A stretch of DNA of 64,000 nt from Pecten maximus (lineage: Eukaryota), in contig NC_047021.1 of assembly GCF_902652985.1 (NCBI RefSeq), forward strand, positions 39,494,001-39,558,000, written 5' to 3'. Of the stretch, positions 37,321 through 50,470 are shown piece by piece. The position numbers and the translations under genes are program-made. Position 1 is the stretch's first letter. Every line of letters starts with the position of its first letter. The notes beneath the pieces were generated by a model. That model saw nothing but the letters and a program-made list of their open reading frames with translations, had not been told where the DNA came from and did no database searches.

Positions 37321-37888
37321 ATAGATCTGTAATAAGTAAGAGTTTGTATTGACATGATGAGGAAGGCTTTGTAAATGTATGTGTACATTATAATTGTACT
37401 TGTGTGATGACTGTGTAGCAGGAGGTCATGTGACTTATCTCCCAGTCACAAGGAGGTACATTACATCAATAACATCAATAGGATTCTCAAACATCAATTA
37501 GTGAAGTCCCTACATAATGGGCTTGGGAGGGGGGAAGTGGAGGGAGGGGGCACAGCCATCAATAACAAACAGCAGCAAGCACAGACAGCTCAAATCTCCC
37601 AGCTCATAATGGCATATGTCTTCAAAACATATCAACAACTTTCAGGAGGCCAATTTGGCCTCCACTTTAAGAGCAGGCGTGACCTACATGTAGTTGACAA
37701 ATATACCAGGGATTTGAATGCTGTTCTGAGCACTTGTAGTGTTACTGTTCAACAATTAATGTGCTTATATTAACCATTTACTAGTGTACACATGTACCTT
37801 AATATGTAATATGACATGTAAATCATAATCTATATATATATATATATATATATAATTAATTAAAAATATATAATGTCCTTGTGATGGG

Positions 37889-38040
37889 TATACATAGTAA
37901 TAATAATAAAAAACACAAACCAGAAATTCACACTAGCGCTCTCAACATGCTTTGAGAGCAAGCTCTTCAGGTGTAATGAAGAGCTTGCTCTCAAAGCATG
38001 TTGAAAGCGCTAGTGTGAATTATTATTATTACTATATATA
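37889..38040. mobile_element. Foldback element (45-bp arms 37925-37969 / 37977-38021, 7-nt loop, outer AAT-rich arms) carrying degenerate minimal hammerhead motifs; Penelope-like remnant
   Basis: Arms match at 44/45. Minus strand: UUACAC-CUGAAGA-...-GAGA-GCGC-UA-GUGUGA. Plus strand: UGAAGA-...-GAAA-GCGC-UA-GUGUGA. Confidence 0.7.
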
Positions 38041-39084
38041 ATTATATACATGAACATAATGGATACAATTATGGGCTTCTATTGAGGTGAATATGTGATT
38101 ATATGAACCTGAGAAAAGGATATTAACCGAGACCAAAGACAGTGTTTAATCAGATATGGCTATATAGGATGGCAATTAATCGAAATCAGAACTAATTATA
38201 AGGAAATTGTAACGAGTCAAGATCTAGAGCAGTGTTTTGTACAAGTCATTGTAACATGAAGCTACTTAAGAGAATTGATGTAAAGGTATCATTTTGATGT
38301 TTCTAAAACTAGTTATTAATAGCAAATCAACATTGCATATCACCAACCTCCACATGATTGTTATATCCATCCAATGCGGAGATCAAGAAAAAATGTCTGA
38401 AATAATACAATGTACAAACAACTTATATATTTTCATGGAAACTGAATGTCTGATAAAATACAATAATATTTATCAAAAGGAAACTTTATCAACCAGTACA
38501 TAGGTGGTATAAATTTTTATGGGTGGTGATCAAAAGCCAGAAAATACAGTAACTGCCGATATCAAAATGTATCAACACTGATTGCTCTCATATTTATGGC
38601 GTTGACGTCTCTGTACATTAAATTCAAGTTCAAGTGATTTGAAATCTAGTTTGTGGGTTCTTCTCACTGAAATCTGTGCCAGCTGTTAAATTGAAGGAAT
38701 TTCTCCATCAAATTGAGACATATTTAGTTTAAGGAGAGAAGATATCAGAGAAGAACAGACCCAGGGATCGTTGTTACCATATGCTGTGATTGTATTAAAG
38801 ATATATATACAGTAGCTTCTCAGAAGGTTCAGATCCAAAGTGGATATGTTGAATTTAGTCCAAGTTTGAAAGCGTTACATATCAGGGTTAATTTGTGTTG
38901 AGAGTAGATGGTGCCCTGTTTCAACTTCAACAATTATTTTCTTATCTGAACAACAGAATTTTTTTGGTCCATAACGTTAACGGAACTAGATGAAATTACT
39001 TGAATTTATAAAATGGCTGTAGGTGTAAAGCAATGTACATAAAAACAGTCAGTGGAAACTATTGTTTTTTTCTTTCTAAATATG

Positions 39085-41090
39085 AAGATCTATTAAGCAG
39101 TAGAAACTATACAGATCTATTAAACAGTAGAAACTATACAGATCTATTAAACAGTAGAAACTATACGGATATATTAAACGGTAGAAACTCTACAGATCTA
39201 TTAAACAGTAGAAACTATACAGATCTATTAAACAGTAGAAACTATACAGATCTGTTAAACGGTAGAAACTCTACAGGTCTGTTAAACAGTAGAAACTATA
39301 CAGATCTATTAAACAGTAGAAACTCTACAGATCTATTAAACAGTAGAAACTATACAGATCTATTAAACAGTAGAAACTATACAAATCTATTAAACAGTAG
39401 AAACTATATACAGATCTATTAAACAGTAGAAATTCTACAGGTCTGTTAAACAATAGAAACTATACAGATCTATTAAACAGTAGAAACTATACAGGTCTAT
39501 TAAACAGTAGAAACTATACAGATCTATTAAACAGTAGAAACTATACAGATATATTAAACAGTAGAAATTATACAGATCTATTAAACAGTAGAAACTATAC
39601 AGATCTATTTAACAGTAGAAACTATACAGATCTATTAAACAGTAGAAACTATACAGATCTATTAAGCAGTACAAACTATACAGATCTATTAAACAGTAAA
39701 AACTATACAGATCTATTAAGCAGTAGAAACTATACAAATCTATTAAACGGTAGAAACTATACAGATCTATTAAACAGTAGAAACTATACAGATCTATTGA
39801 ACAGTGGAAACTATACAGATCTATTAAACAATAGAAACTATACAGATCTATTAAGCAGTACAAACTGTACAGATTTATTGAACAGTAGAAACTATACAGA
39901 TCTATTAAACAGTAGAAACTATACAGATCTATTAAACAGTAGAAAGTACACAGATCTATTAAACAGTAGAAACTATACAGATCTATTAAACAGTAGAAAG
40001 TACACAGATCTATTAAACAGTAGAAACTATGCAGGTCTATTAAACAGTAGAAACTGTACAGATCTATTAAACAGTAGAAAGTACACAGATCTATTAAACA
40101 GTAGAAACTATGCAGGTCTATTAAACAGTAGAAACTATACAGATCTATTAAACAGTAGAAACTATACAGATCTATTGAACAGTGGAAACTATACAGATCT
40201 ATTAAACAGTAGAAACTATACAGATCTATTAAGCAGTACAAACTGTACAGATTTATTGAACAGTAGAAACTATACAGATCTATTAAACAGTAGAAACTAT
40301 ACAGATCTATTAAACAGTAGCAACTGTACAGATCTATTAAACAGTAGAAACTATACAGATCTATTAAACAGTAGAAAGTACACAGATCTATTAAACAGTA
40401 GAAACTATGCAGGTCTATTAAACAGTAGAAACTGTACAGATCTATTAAACAGACGAAGAAATTACACAGATCTATTAAACAGTAGAAAGTACACAGATCT
40501 ATTAAACAGAAGAAACTATACAGATCTATTAAACAGTAGAAACTATACAGATCTATTAAACAGTAGAAACTATACAGATCTATTAAACAGTAGAAGCTAT
40601 ACAGATCTATTAAACAGTAGAAACTATACAGATATATTGAACAGTAGAAACTATACAGATATATTAAACAGAAACTATTCAGATCTATTAAACAGTAGAA
40701 ACTATACAAATCTTTTAAACAGTAGAAACTATACAGATCTATTAAACAGTAGAAACAATACAGATCTATTAAACAGTAGAAACTATACAGATCTATTAAC
40801 AGTAGAAATTATACAGATCTATTAAACAGACGAAGGAATTATACAGATCTATTAAACAGTAGAAACTATACAGATCTATTAAACAGACGAAGGAATTATA
40901 CAGATCTATTAAACAGTAGAAACTATACAGATCTATTAAACAGTAGAAACTATACAGATCTATTAAACAGTAGAAATTATACAGATCTATTAAATAGAAA
41001 TTATACAGATCTATTAAATAGAAACTATACAGATCTATTAAACAATAGAAACTATACAGATCTATTAAACAGACGAAGAAATTATACAGA
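39085..41090. repeat. 27-bp minisatellite, ~74 copies (agtagaaactatacagatctattaaac)
   Basis: 9-aa periodic ORFs on both strands. Confidence 0.97.
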
Positions 41091-42815
41091 CTCCTAAAAA
41101 GCAATGACTCTACATGATGTATGTATATAACTTGTGTGTTTGAATTGTGGGAGGCCCTGGGAAATGGTATTAGTACAGTAATACACTCCCACACACTGAA
41201 TGTTGTTAGCAGTATTGATCAGATAGGCCTGGGTAATTACTGTCCCTGGGGGTACCGGCTGGGAGGACATCTAAAGACACCATTAGCTTATGTTATAACA
41301 CTGGGTAACAATCACTACAACACTGATTGGGCTGGCAGCTGCTGTCTTGTTGACTGGCTGACCAACTGACCATGTCTCTGACCAACAGTCTTATTAGAGT
41401 CATGGTCAATACATGCACTCTATGTGAATATTTTGACCTTAGGGGGCCACCATAACTATTATGTACAGTACTTTAAATCAAATTCTACAATGGGCATGTT
41501 GAATGGGTCTTATATTTACACTGGCATGGTTTATTGGGAATAATACATGTTAATATATATAGGATATTGATGTACATTGTATATCGTACAATGGTGTCAC
41601 ATATGTACAAGCAACATTTTAGGAAACTAAGCACGTATGTATACATATTTGTCAGTCTGGTTAGATATTGGCTTCTCCCGTACTTCGTACTTCGCAACAG
41701 AGAATTTCCCTTTAGCTTCTGATCAATCTGTAGAAGATTGTTCGTGTAAGCCGGGGTCTTGGCGATCCCCTAGCAGAGCCATTGAAATAAATATAATTTA
41801 TCATGACCTCAATAAATATTAAATATATGTATGACAGGATAGGATTTTTATTTTGACAGTACACTGCCACATTGGTGTGTTTGCTATTTTTAGTACAGCA
41901 GCTTGCATATATTTGAATTGGTCTTGTTTTCTTTTTTGCGGGATAGGCATGTAGGAGTTACTTCCCTTTGTACTTGCTATGATATAGCAGCCCTGTAGGA
42001 ATTTCATTGCTGATCATAATTTGACAGCCACTGTTGATTAAAATATGTACATGTATAGTCAAATGCAGTCTATATTTTATATCAGATATATATGCATAAT
42101 TACTGAACTAGTGAGGGGCAGTGCAACTGACATGTCCTATGAAATATGACAACCATTTCAATCTAGCCAAAATTCTTCCCATCATCCACATAGGGAAAAA
42201 ACCTTATCCCTGAATTCCTCTTCAAAGCTGGATATATTGTAGTTATTTTCTATGAATAATTTCCACAATCAAAGCATTATCTTCCTGTTTTTTAGTATAC
42301 GTATATTCATATATTCTATGTCTTCACAAATATTGTAAAATGTAAACTTATCAAGCGTTATTTTAACTCATCAGTTCATTTAAGAGTTTCAGTTTCCAGG
42401 TATAATTTAATCAAACTGTATTTAAAACAATTATTTATTTAACGCAAAGCTCCTCATATGTACAAAATAATTCACGTAATTTCAAAAAAAAAGAAAAAAG
42501 GAAGTTTAACATCCCCAGTCATACCATCCTAGCAAGGAAGAGAAAATCTGTCAAGGTTTTGAATTTTGAATTTTATTGAAATTAAATTGAAAACAAACTT
42601 TGGGTAAATGTCGTTTGTTGGATGAATCACCATAGGATTAAGACTTGTTGTTCCATGTATCCATATTTCCTTTGAAGTACTTTAAATTATTACTGTACCT
42701 ATAGCTATGTGGTGTACTAAACATGATCAGATATTAATTATTAATAATAAATTAGTGTACTCATATAGGAACTATAGGTATAGCACACTTGTATTGTACC
42801 ATAATGTACTGTATA

Positions 42816-43044
42816 GGGGCCGCGGTGGCTAAGTGGTTAAGATGTCCCGACACTTATCACTAGCCCTCCACTACTGGGTTGCGAGTTCGAAACCTACGTG
42901 GGGCAGTTGCCAGGTACTGACTGTAGGCCGGTGGTTTTTCTCCGGGTACTCCACCTTTCCTCCACCTCCAAAACCTGGCACGTCCTTAAATGACCCTGGC
43001 TGTTAATAGGACGTTTAAAAAAATAAACCAAACAAACCAAACCA
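42816..43044 (+). mobile_element. Full-length tRNA-derived V-type SINE (family 1)
   Basis: A box TGGCTAAGTGG, B box GAGTTCGAAACC, V-like core ggtttttctccgggtactcc...ttcctcc, tail ccttaaatgaccctggctgttaataggacgtt plus (aaacc)n. Confidence 0.9.
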
Positions 43045-43177
43045 CCTTCCACTGTGTAAACCATGAAAATAAAATCACCACTAAAATGTGTCCATTTACA
43101 GTTAATTAAATATTTTAAGATTGTGGTATTTAGATGTACTCCTATAGGAACTATAGGTTTAGCCCAATGCTATTTGT

Positions 43178-43398
43178 GGGGCCGCAGTGGCCAAGTGGTT
43201 AAGGTGTCCCGACACTTTATCACTAGCCCTCCACCTCTGTGTTGCGAGAGTTCGAAACCTACTTGGGGCAGTTGCCAGGTACTGACTGTAGGCCGGTGGT
43301 TTTTCTGCGGGTACTCCACCTTTCCTCCACCTCCAAAACCTGGCATGTCCTTAAATGACCCTGGCTGTTAATAAGACGTTAAACAAAACAAAAAAAAA
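43178..43398 (+). mobile_element. Second full-length V-SINE family 1 copy with an 11-bp TSD caatgctattt
   Basis: Highly similar to the 42816 copy; TSD at 43165-43175 and 43399-43409. Confidence 0.9.
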
Positions 43399-43740
43399 CA
43401 ATGCTATTTTAGAACAATGCTTCCATTGTGAAAACCATGAAAAATTGAATCACCACTAAAATGTGTCCATTTATAGTAAATGAAATATTTTAAGATTGTG
43501 GTATTTTGGTGTACTTGTATAGGAAATAAAGATACACCACAATGCTATTTTAGCACAATGCTATTTTAGCTCAATGATTACACAGTGAAAACCATGAAAA
43601 ATAAAATCACCACTAAAATTTGTCCATTTACAGTAAACTAGATGTTTTAAGATTTCGGTATTTTGAAGCTTGGAGATTTTTAAGTGAATCAATAATTATG
43701 GTATTATTTTACATTGATTACTTAATAGTGTCGATAATCA

Positions 43741-43818
43741 ATATTTTCTATTTTTTTCTTTTCAGGTAAGTGAGATTTCTCAATAGCTGAAGATATCTAA
43801 CAGCCGATCAAAGTAAGT
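43741..43818 (+). other. Candidate recursive splice site (ratchet point) with a 47-nt RS-exon at 43766-43812
   Basis: atattttctatttttttcttttcAG|GTAAGT, and a second donor AA|GTAAGT at 43813. Confidence 0.6.
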
Positions 43819-44529
43819 GACACATGCTTTATATAAAGCGTACTAAGTACATTTATTTCTTTCCTTTTGAATCGGGCCGAGAAAACATTTGTGGCGTAAA
43901 GATAGTGCATTTTTTAGGGTCGTTTAATGACTTTCGTTCGCTCAAAGAAAAGAAGCTATATCAAACGACTTGTATACTATATATCATTTTTCCTCTATAA
44001 AGGATATAACAATAGATTCATTACCGTAAAGAGAAAATGAATACTGCTGAGGATGTCATCAATAGGATATAAAATATCGCTGTACAGGAATTAAATGCTA
44101 CAGTCCGTCAGCTATTAAAAGCGACTTTGAAGTTGTTTTTTAAATTGAATATGTATACACACACTGTAGATAAATATAAAACATTTATGTACAATTAAGA
44201 TTTCTTTATAAGAACATTAAACTCCTTCGTCATAACAGTGAATTCAGATTAAATAAGGGAGATATGTCATGCAAAACTCCTTCCTAGATGTATATACCAA
44301 CCTACTGTATTACCCTATGATAAGCCCTAGGGGGCTATTTACTCACAAGTATAGATGGGCTTATTTAAGAGTAATGAGATGATAGTTGAATATGGGTGGT
44401 CTTATTGCAGGATAATAAAATGGTAATTTTATTGCAATTTTACTGAACTGCAATAGGCAAGCAATTTTACTGAACTGCAATAGGCAAGTTGGGGTTTATT
44501 AACTAGGTAACAGACTCATCTCGCATCAG

Positions 44530-44800
44530 GTCTTCATTGCCTTTGGTGAGATGAGAATGTCCTTTACTTTTAATGACCCTGATAATTGCGTTTGGTGAGA
44601 TGAGAATGTCCTTTACTTTTCCATGACCCTGATAATTGCGTTTGGTGAGATGAGAATGTCTTTACTTTTCCATGGCCCATATCATTGCCTTTGGTGAGAT
44701 GAGAATGTCTTTACTTTTCCATGGCCCTGATAATTGCCTTGGTGAGATGAAAATGTCCTTTACATTTCCATGGCCTTGTTTATTGCCTTTGGTGAGATTT
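44530..44800. repeat. ~49-bp tandem repeat, 5-6 units (attgcctttggtgagatgagaatgtcctttacttttccatgaccctgata)
   Basis: ttggtgagat recurs at ~49-bp spacing. Confidence 0.9.
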
Positions 44801-45559
44801 TTCAGGTAATTTTATTTTTGGGGATACCATAAAATCACAAATAGAAACTACACTGAAAAATAAATCTTCTACGAAAACTAACTACTAAAAAATACACTTG
44901 TTGCAGTATTTCTATAAATATTCTGCTATTGCACATGAGTATTATAAGCAATCAGCCCAACAACTTCAAATAAAATGTTAAATATATGGTTATATATATA
45001 TATAGTCATGATCATATTTTAAGATGTTATATTGGGGGCCTGTACTTGAACATAACACTTGATTGTTCATCTTAACAGAGCTATATGATATGGTATGTGC
45101 CATAAAATGAAAATGAAAACTCCAAATTAAATCCCTGAAGGATTTTATCTCTGAAGTATATAAAAGAACTTTAAGGGAATGTGAAAAATCCTTCAAAGGG
45201 ATGTTGATGTGAAGTCACTGATGATCAGAATCAATTTATTACTATTCTTGCTGGTTCTTGGTTTAATATCTACTTTCTCTGACAAGGAGGTAGCTCAGTC
45301 GGTTTATGTCAGAAGGATGCGGTTTTGATCCCTATTCAAGTTGAGGCTGTACACATCTGATTCAGGAACAGCTTAACATATATATATATATGCCATACTG
45401 AAAAATATAATGGACGGGTCCAGTTAAAGGAGGTGGTCATATTTAGATGTCCCACAATGCAGTATATTTTGTAAAGAAAACAAAAAATATTCTTGAACAT
45501 TGGCTCAAATATTATGCCATCTTCATTTTCGGTAATCCCTCAGAACGAGACTTCTGAAT

Positions 45560-46280
45560 GTAAGTATGTGTATACTTGGACCAGAGAAATTCACTATACA
45601 CAGAGAAAAACAAAAAGACAAAATATTCCATTGTCATGAATGTATGAATAAGTAATTAGCTTAAAGTTTACATATACTTGGACAAAAGAAATTCATTTAA
45701 CAAGGAAAACAACAAAATTAATTTTGTCATTATTAATTATGTGTATAAGCAGTATTTGTGCTAAGCTGTTTATAATTTGGGTCCATTTGAGCTTAAATGG
45801 TCCCCTTATAGCTCGGATGGATTGACTTTCAGAAATGGGGTTCTTTTCATGCTTCAACCGAAACTCTGGTAAGTAATTTTATATTTGTATATACTTGGAC
45901 AAAAGAATTTCACTTTACAAAGAAAAAGGGGAAAAAATTTTGTCGTCATAAATGTATGTACTGTAGTTATATAAATAAGCTGCTTGGACATGAGATATTC
46001 ATTATATGGAGAAGACAAATTTATTTTGTCATCATAAATGTATGTACCGTAATTAGAAAATTTATAGAAGTAAGCTAATTGGACAAAAGAAATTTACTAT
46101 ATGAAGGAGACAAAATATTGATTTTGTCGTCATAAATGTATCGTAATTAGAGAAGTAAGCTACTTGGACAAAAGAAATCTACTTTTTGGAGGAAACAAAA
46201 TTTATCATAAATGAATTACCATTGTAAGCGAGTACCTACATACAATTAGACAATAGATATCTACTTTACAGAGAAAAAAG
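45560..46280. repeat. Degenerate ~90-bp tandem repeat, ~7 units (gtaag...cttggacaaaagaaattcact...ttttgtcgtcataaatgta)
   Basis: Recurrent cttggacaaaagaaat core. Confidence 0.7.
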
Positions 46281-47969
46281 GCAATACTTGAATTAAAAAT
46301 TTGAATTGTTCATTTTACAATGGAGGTGATTATATTTTGACAAAAGCATAAAAGATCTTTGTTGTCTGCCATAAGTAGTCCGTACTGATGCAGATTACAT
46401 CACGCAGACTGTTTTAAATTTCCTTTCAACGATTGTTGGCATTTGACACCAAATCCACCCATATTGTACCGTACCCATCCTGATATCGCTAGACAAATAT
46501 ATCTGGTGTCTTTTCAGCTCTTTTGACAAGTTGTCGGTCAGGATACGGTACGTTAACTAGGTTAGTCCAAGGAGAACTTTTGTTAGTATCTTATATATCA
46601 GAATATAGGTATGATTTGTATCTGTCTGTAGTACAATACAGTTATATACATATAGGTATATATATAATTAAACTTTAAATTGCTAGCGCTTTGTGTATTG
46701 GTTAATATTTGAATCAGCATGGTATAAACATTTGAATTTCGCTAAGGTTTTTATGTATACCGTGTTGACTCCTCTTTTTCAAATATGTATATATAATATA
46801 TATATTGAACTTTAAATAAAAACGTTGTGCATCAGTATATATATATCTACAAACTTTTGGAAACAGTTCTGCTGAATTTGCCTATTCACTGCTCTCTGTG
46901 TACAACATGCCTTGGGCAAATTAATATTACATTTATATTTTGCATAAAATATTCAATTTCTGTAACGGCTGTTCATATGATACACCATGATGACTTGTAC
47001 ACTTTATATACGGTATAAACGGTTAAAGGATGTGGGAAAATAGCATATAAATACACCCTACAGATAGTTCTAAAGAAGATCTTTTTATTTTAATTTGACC
47101 TCCTTTTGAAAAGATTTAAGAATAGTATTCAGGCATTTGGCCAAAAGATATAAACTAAGATAGGTTGTGTATTACGGAGAATATGTAGAAACTAAAGCCG
47201 TATAAACTGGAGAATTCACAGGCAATATTACCAGGTTGTTTGAATATCCCCGGGATAAATCTTAGATTTGGACAACAGATCGGTTTGTAAGAAAACCTGA
47301 GATGTATATTTATCATTAGGGAGAGTGTAGCTCCCAGGACGAAAGAGTTCGCTATCCGCAGGCATAAACTTTCTTACTCATATACCTGTGTGGACAGTCA
47401 AGTGAAACTTAATTACATATATACCTACATTTTACCTATACAGGTTGTGCTGGTAATGTTGTATGATAGTCATCTGGTGTGAAGTAGACTGCTCTTTATG
47501 AGTTGTCCGCAGTTAATTACTAACATTATGAGAAATTCTACCTCTGGGCATGTACAGTTAGAACATGGTGACTGTGTCATGGGTGTTGTTTTCCGAGACA
47601 TTAGCTCAGAACATTTAAATACAGTTGAAAACATGGTCAAGTGTTCCTACTTACTCTGAATAAAAGTGTGGAGGAATGTCGCTTCTACCACTAAGCAGGG
47701 AAATATATGGATGGAGAGACAGTCGCAAATTATCATTAACAAAATGAAGTAGGGGATCGGAGTTGAATACAGAGTGGAATAATGGAGGTACAAATTAAAA
47801 TACAAAGAAGGATGTGATTGTTGGACTCTAATTTACTCAGCATTAGCTTGATTTATTCGGCCAGCCAGGCAAGCCCGAAGGACCAGAATTGATAAAGACC
47901 CCGATCCAGGCAGATAAATTACAACAGCTTCACGATTACTCCCACTCTTCTCCTGGCCAGCCTGGTCAG

Positions 47970-48215
47970 CCTGGAGGTCACATGACTGGACCCACAGCTG
48001 TCACTTGTACTAACATGGTCACATGACATGAGTGTTTTAGTGTGTGTGATTCGGTCATACCTGGGTTATTTGATAGGACAAGGCAGGTGTTATGCATGGT
48101 CCATTTCCCGATGACAATACCTATAATATTTACGTTGATTTTACGTTATCAACGGCATCTGCTGCAGGCTATATAAAAGAACTGCTCATTTGCAAAAATC
48201 AATAACAGCTTCACC
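47970..48215 (+). promoter_or_regulatory. Putative internal TATA promoter: TATATAAAAG at 48170-48179, two GTCACATGAC boxes (47977, 48018), CAGCTG and two TTACGTT sites
   Basis: Motifs read directly; followed by ~2.3 kb of non-repetitive sequence ending in a strong donor. Confidence 0.4.
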
Positions 48216-50470
48216 TATAGATTTTCTTTGGATTTTCTCGATAAAAATTTTTGTCACCCCATCGGTGTGTATTTTACCGACGACAGTTACACATCTGCTA
48301 GACGGATTATGTCTTGTGTATCAGCCGGCGGTGTGATTGGTAGATACCCAGCCATAAAGGGTATACGTACGTTATACAAAGGATTCAGACTCGTCTCTTC
48401 TACCACAACAATTTGAAATACAGCACTGTCATCGCCATATAAGTGTGTCCTCGGTATAGCTGTACATACCGTTTTAGTTTGTGCTGTGTCCTGATGACGT
48501 TCTGGCGATGTTTATTGTGATCAGCTGGTGATACTTTTCGGCTTCAGACGAATAATCGGCGGGACAAATTATATTAGTCGAGGCCTAAGGCTGATGTATC
48601 GGTTGTGGGACGATATTGTTGTCCTCTATTTACCCAGCTGATGTGCGAACTACCCTGGTAACACTGGACATATATACCTACATTCTATAGGTATAGGACA
48701 CTATTGTCAGTATTTATTTGACCGAAAGAGGAAGCTATTTATTTGACCAGCTGTGATGTCTATATAGGCACCCGGCTAACACAGGATATGAAGCATTCTA
48801 TGGCTATTTGACATAACTTAACAAGACCTATGATTTGGTCCCATTGTGTGTAAACAATCGCTTGTGATACCTTTGGAAGAAATCTTCGTAACATTATTGG
48901 ATATATATACATGTATATAATCCAGCTCTAACTACTTAGGATCCCAGGTCAGAGTTTTCCTGTGTATTCGGCGGGATTATTCAATATTGAACTGTTCTGT
49001 GGGTAATATTACATATAGCCAAGGTTTTAACACACAGAACGCCAGTGACTGCCGATAGGTAACGGGATTGATTATTGACCCTGCGAAACAGCACGACATA
49101 ATCAATAAGGGATATGTAATATCGACCAGAATTTTTCACCAAGGTTCGAAAGTGCATAAAATCACACCTATATTTTGTGAAAAAGAGAATTGTGGTCTTG
49201 TCATGATCAGCTGTGATAGTCAAGTCAGGTGTATCTATATTTCTACCTGGTAGGTATGATAAAGTGATAGTCGTTATAAAAGGTACTATCATAGGTGGTG
49301 TTGGAGTAGATTAAAGTGTTAGGTTATCAGGTTCGAACCGATATAGACTTATTAAAATTGTGTAGATTATGATCCTGTTTAGATTCCTGACTGATACGGA
49401 GACTTATTAACTGTGTGGATAGTCACACTGGTCCAACTACAGGGAAAGTTTGGTGGAGATGACCCCAGCTGGGGTGATGCAGGCCTGAAGAATGTTTCAG
49501 TATATTTGATACTCTGCTGGGCCAGAGGTGTCTAATGATTTCCTGCTGTGGGGAGAAGGGGTGAAAGATAAATAACTGACCACACCGGTCATCAGAGATA
49601 CTGGTCATCCTGGTGGTCAGAACGACTTCTGTGGCTGGGAGGTTAGAATGTGACCAGTTGAGAGGGTCTCCAGCTGAGTTTCTGTTAATTTGACCAGTAC
49701 TGCAGATGTTTGGTGAGTTTGAAAGTTACATATAATGGTTCACTTGCACCAAAAACTAGGGGACAAATAGGACTGACCCATCCACCCTCGGAGAACAAGG
49801 CCGAGGATGACTTCTACACAGCTGTCTTGTTTCTTCACAACAGGAGGATTCCCATAATGTCAGACAGCTGCCAAGCAAACTGTGGAGTTTAATTTTGAAT
49901 TTGTCAGGATTTTACACACAAACATATATATATATATATATCAATGGAAGTTTTAAACAGAACCACAGGAATATGTTAAAAACTCCTCAGAACAAATTTG
50001 TGTTTATCTGTTGATTGCTACAGGAATATTTAAAAAATTTTATCAGCTGACATTCAGTTAGGAAAAAAGTATACATCATAGTGTGTTTATTTGAGAAGCT
50101 ATCTACAGTTGAACAAGTTCATCTCACGAAAACATCAACGATGATATCATTATTTGTGATCTAGTTATATCTAGGTTATTTGAATCAAGCATTGGAATCG
50201 GAATCGAGACGTTGATTGTCTTCCGTGATTGTCTTTGTAACTGTTGGCAGATAGCCAGTGTAAATGGGATGTGGATTTTTACCTAATTTTCTTAATTACT
50301 TTGAAGAAATTTTGTAAGCCACAGTTGGAGAAGATAAGATTGAAACAGAATGCAGACAGAAACTGTTGTTGTGTTCAAACTGTGAGTTGGAAGGTTTAAA
50401 ACAGAAGATTCAGCAGACGACACTTAAAGACACCAGAGGAGTACAGAAACTTACTCCATCAACTGTCCCA

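Noticed and set aside
39609-40825. 342/366-aa ORFs
   Set aside because: Artefact of the 27-bp repeat; frameshifting unit variants occur freely.
22325-41090. CRISPR-like regular arrays
   Set aside because: Units are head-to-tail with no unique spacers, no cas genes are present, and the context is eukaryotic.
42816-42905. tRNA gene
   Set aside because: A and B boxes are present but run into a SINE body and tail, and the sequence occurs in multiple copies; no proper cloverleaf or terminator.
50264-50317. MGCG... myristoylation-like start in frame with the 50490 donor
   Set aside because: In-frame TAA after 17 codons; at most a uORF unless the stop is a sequence error.
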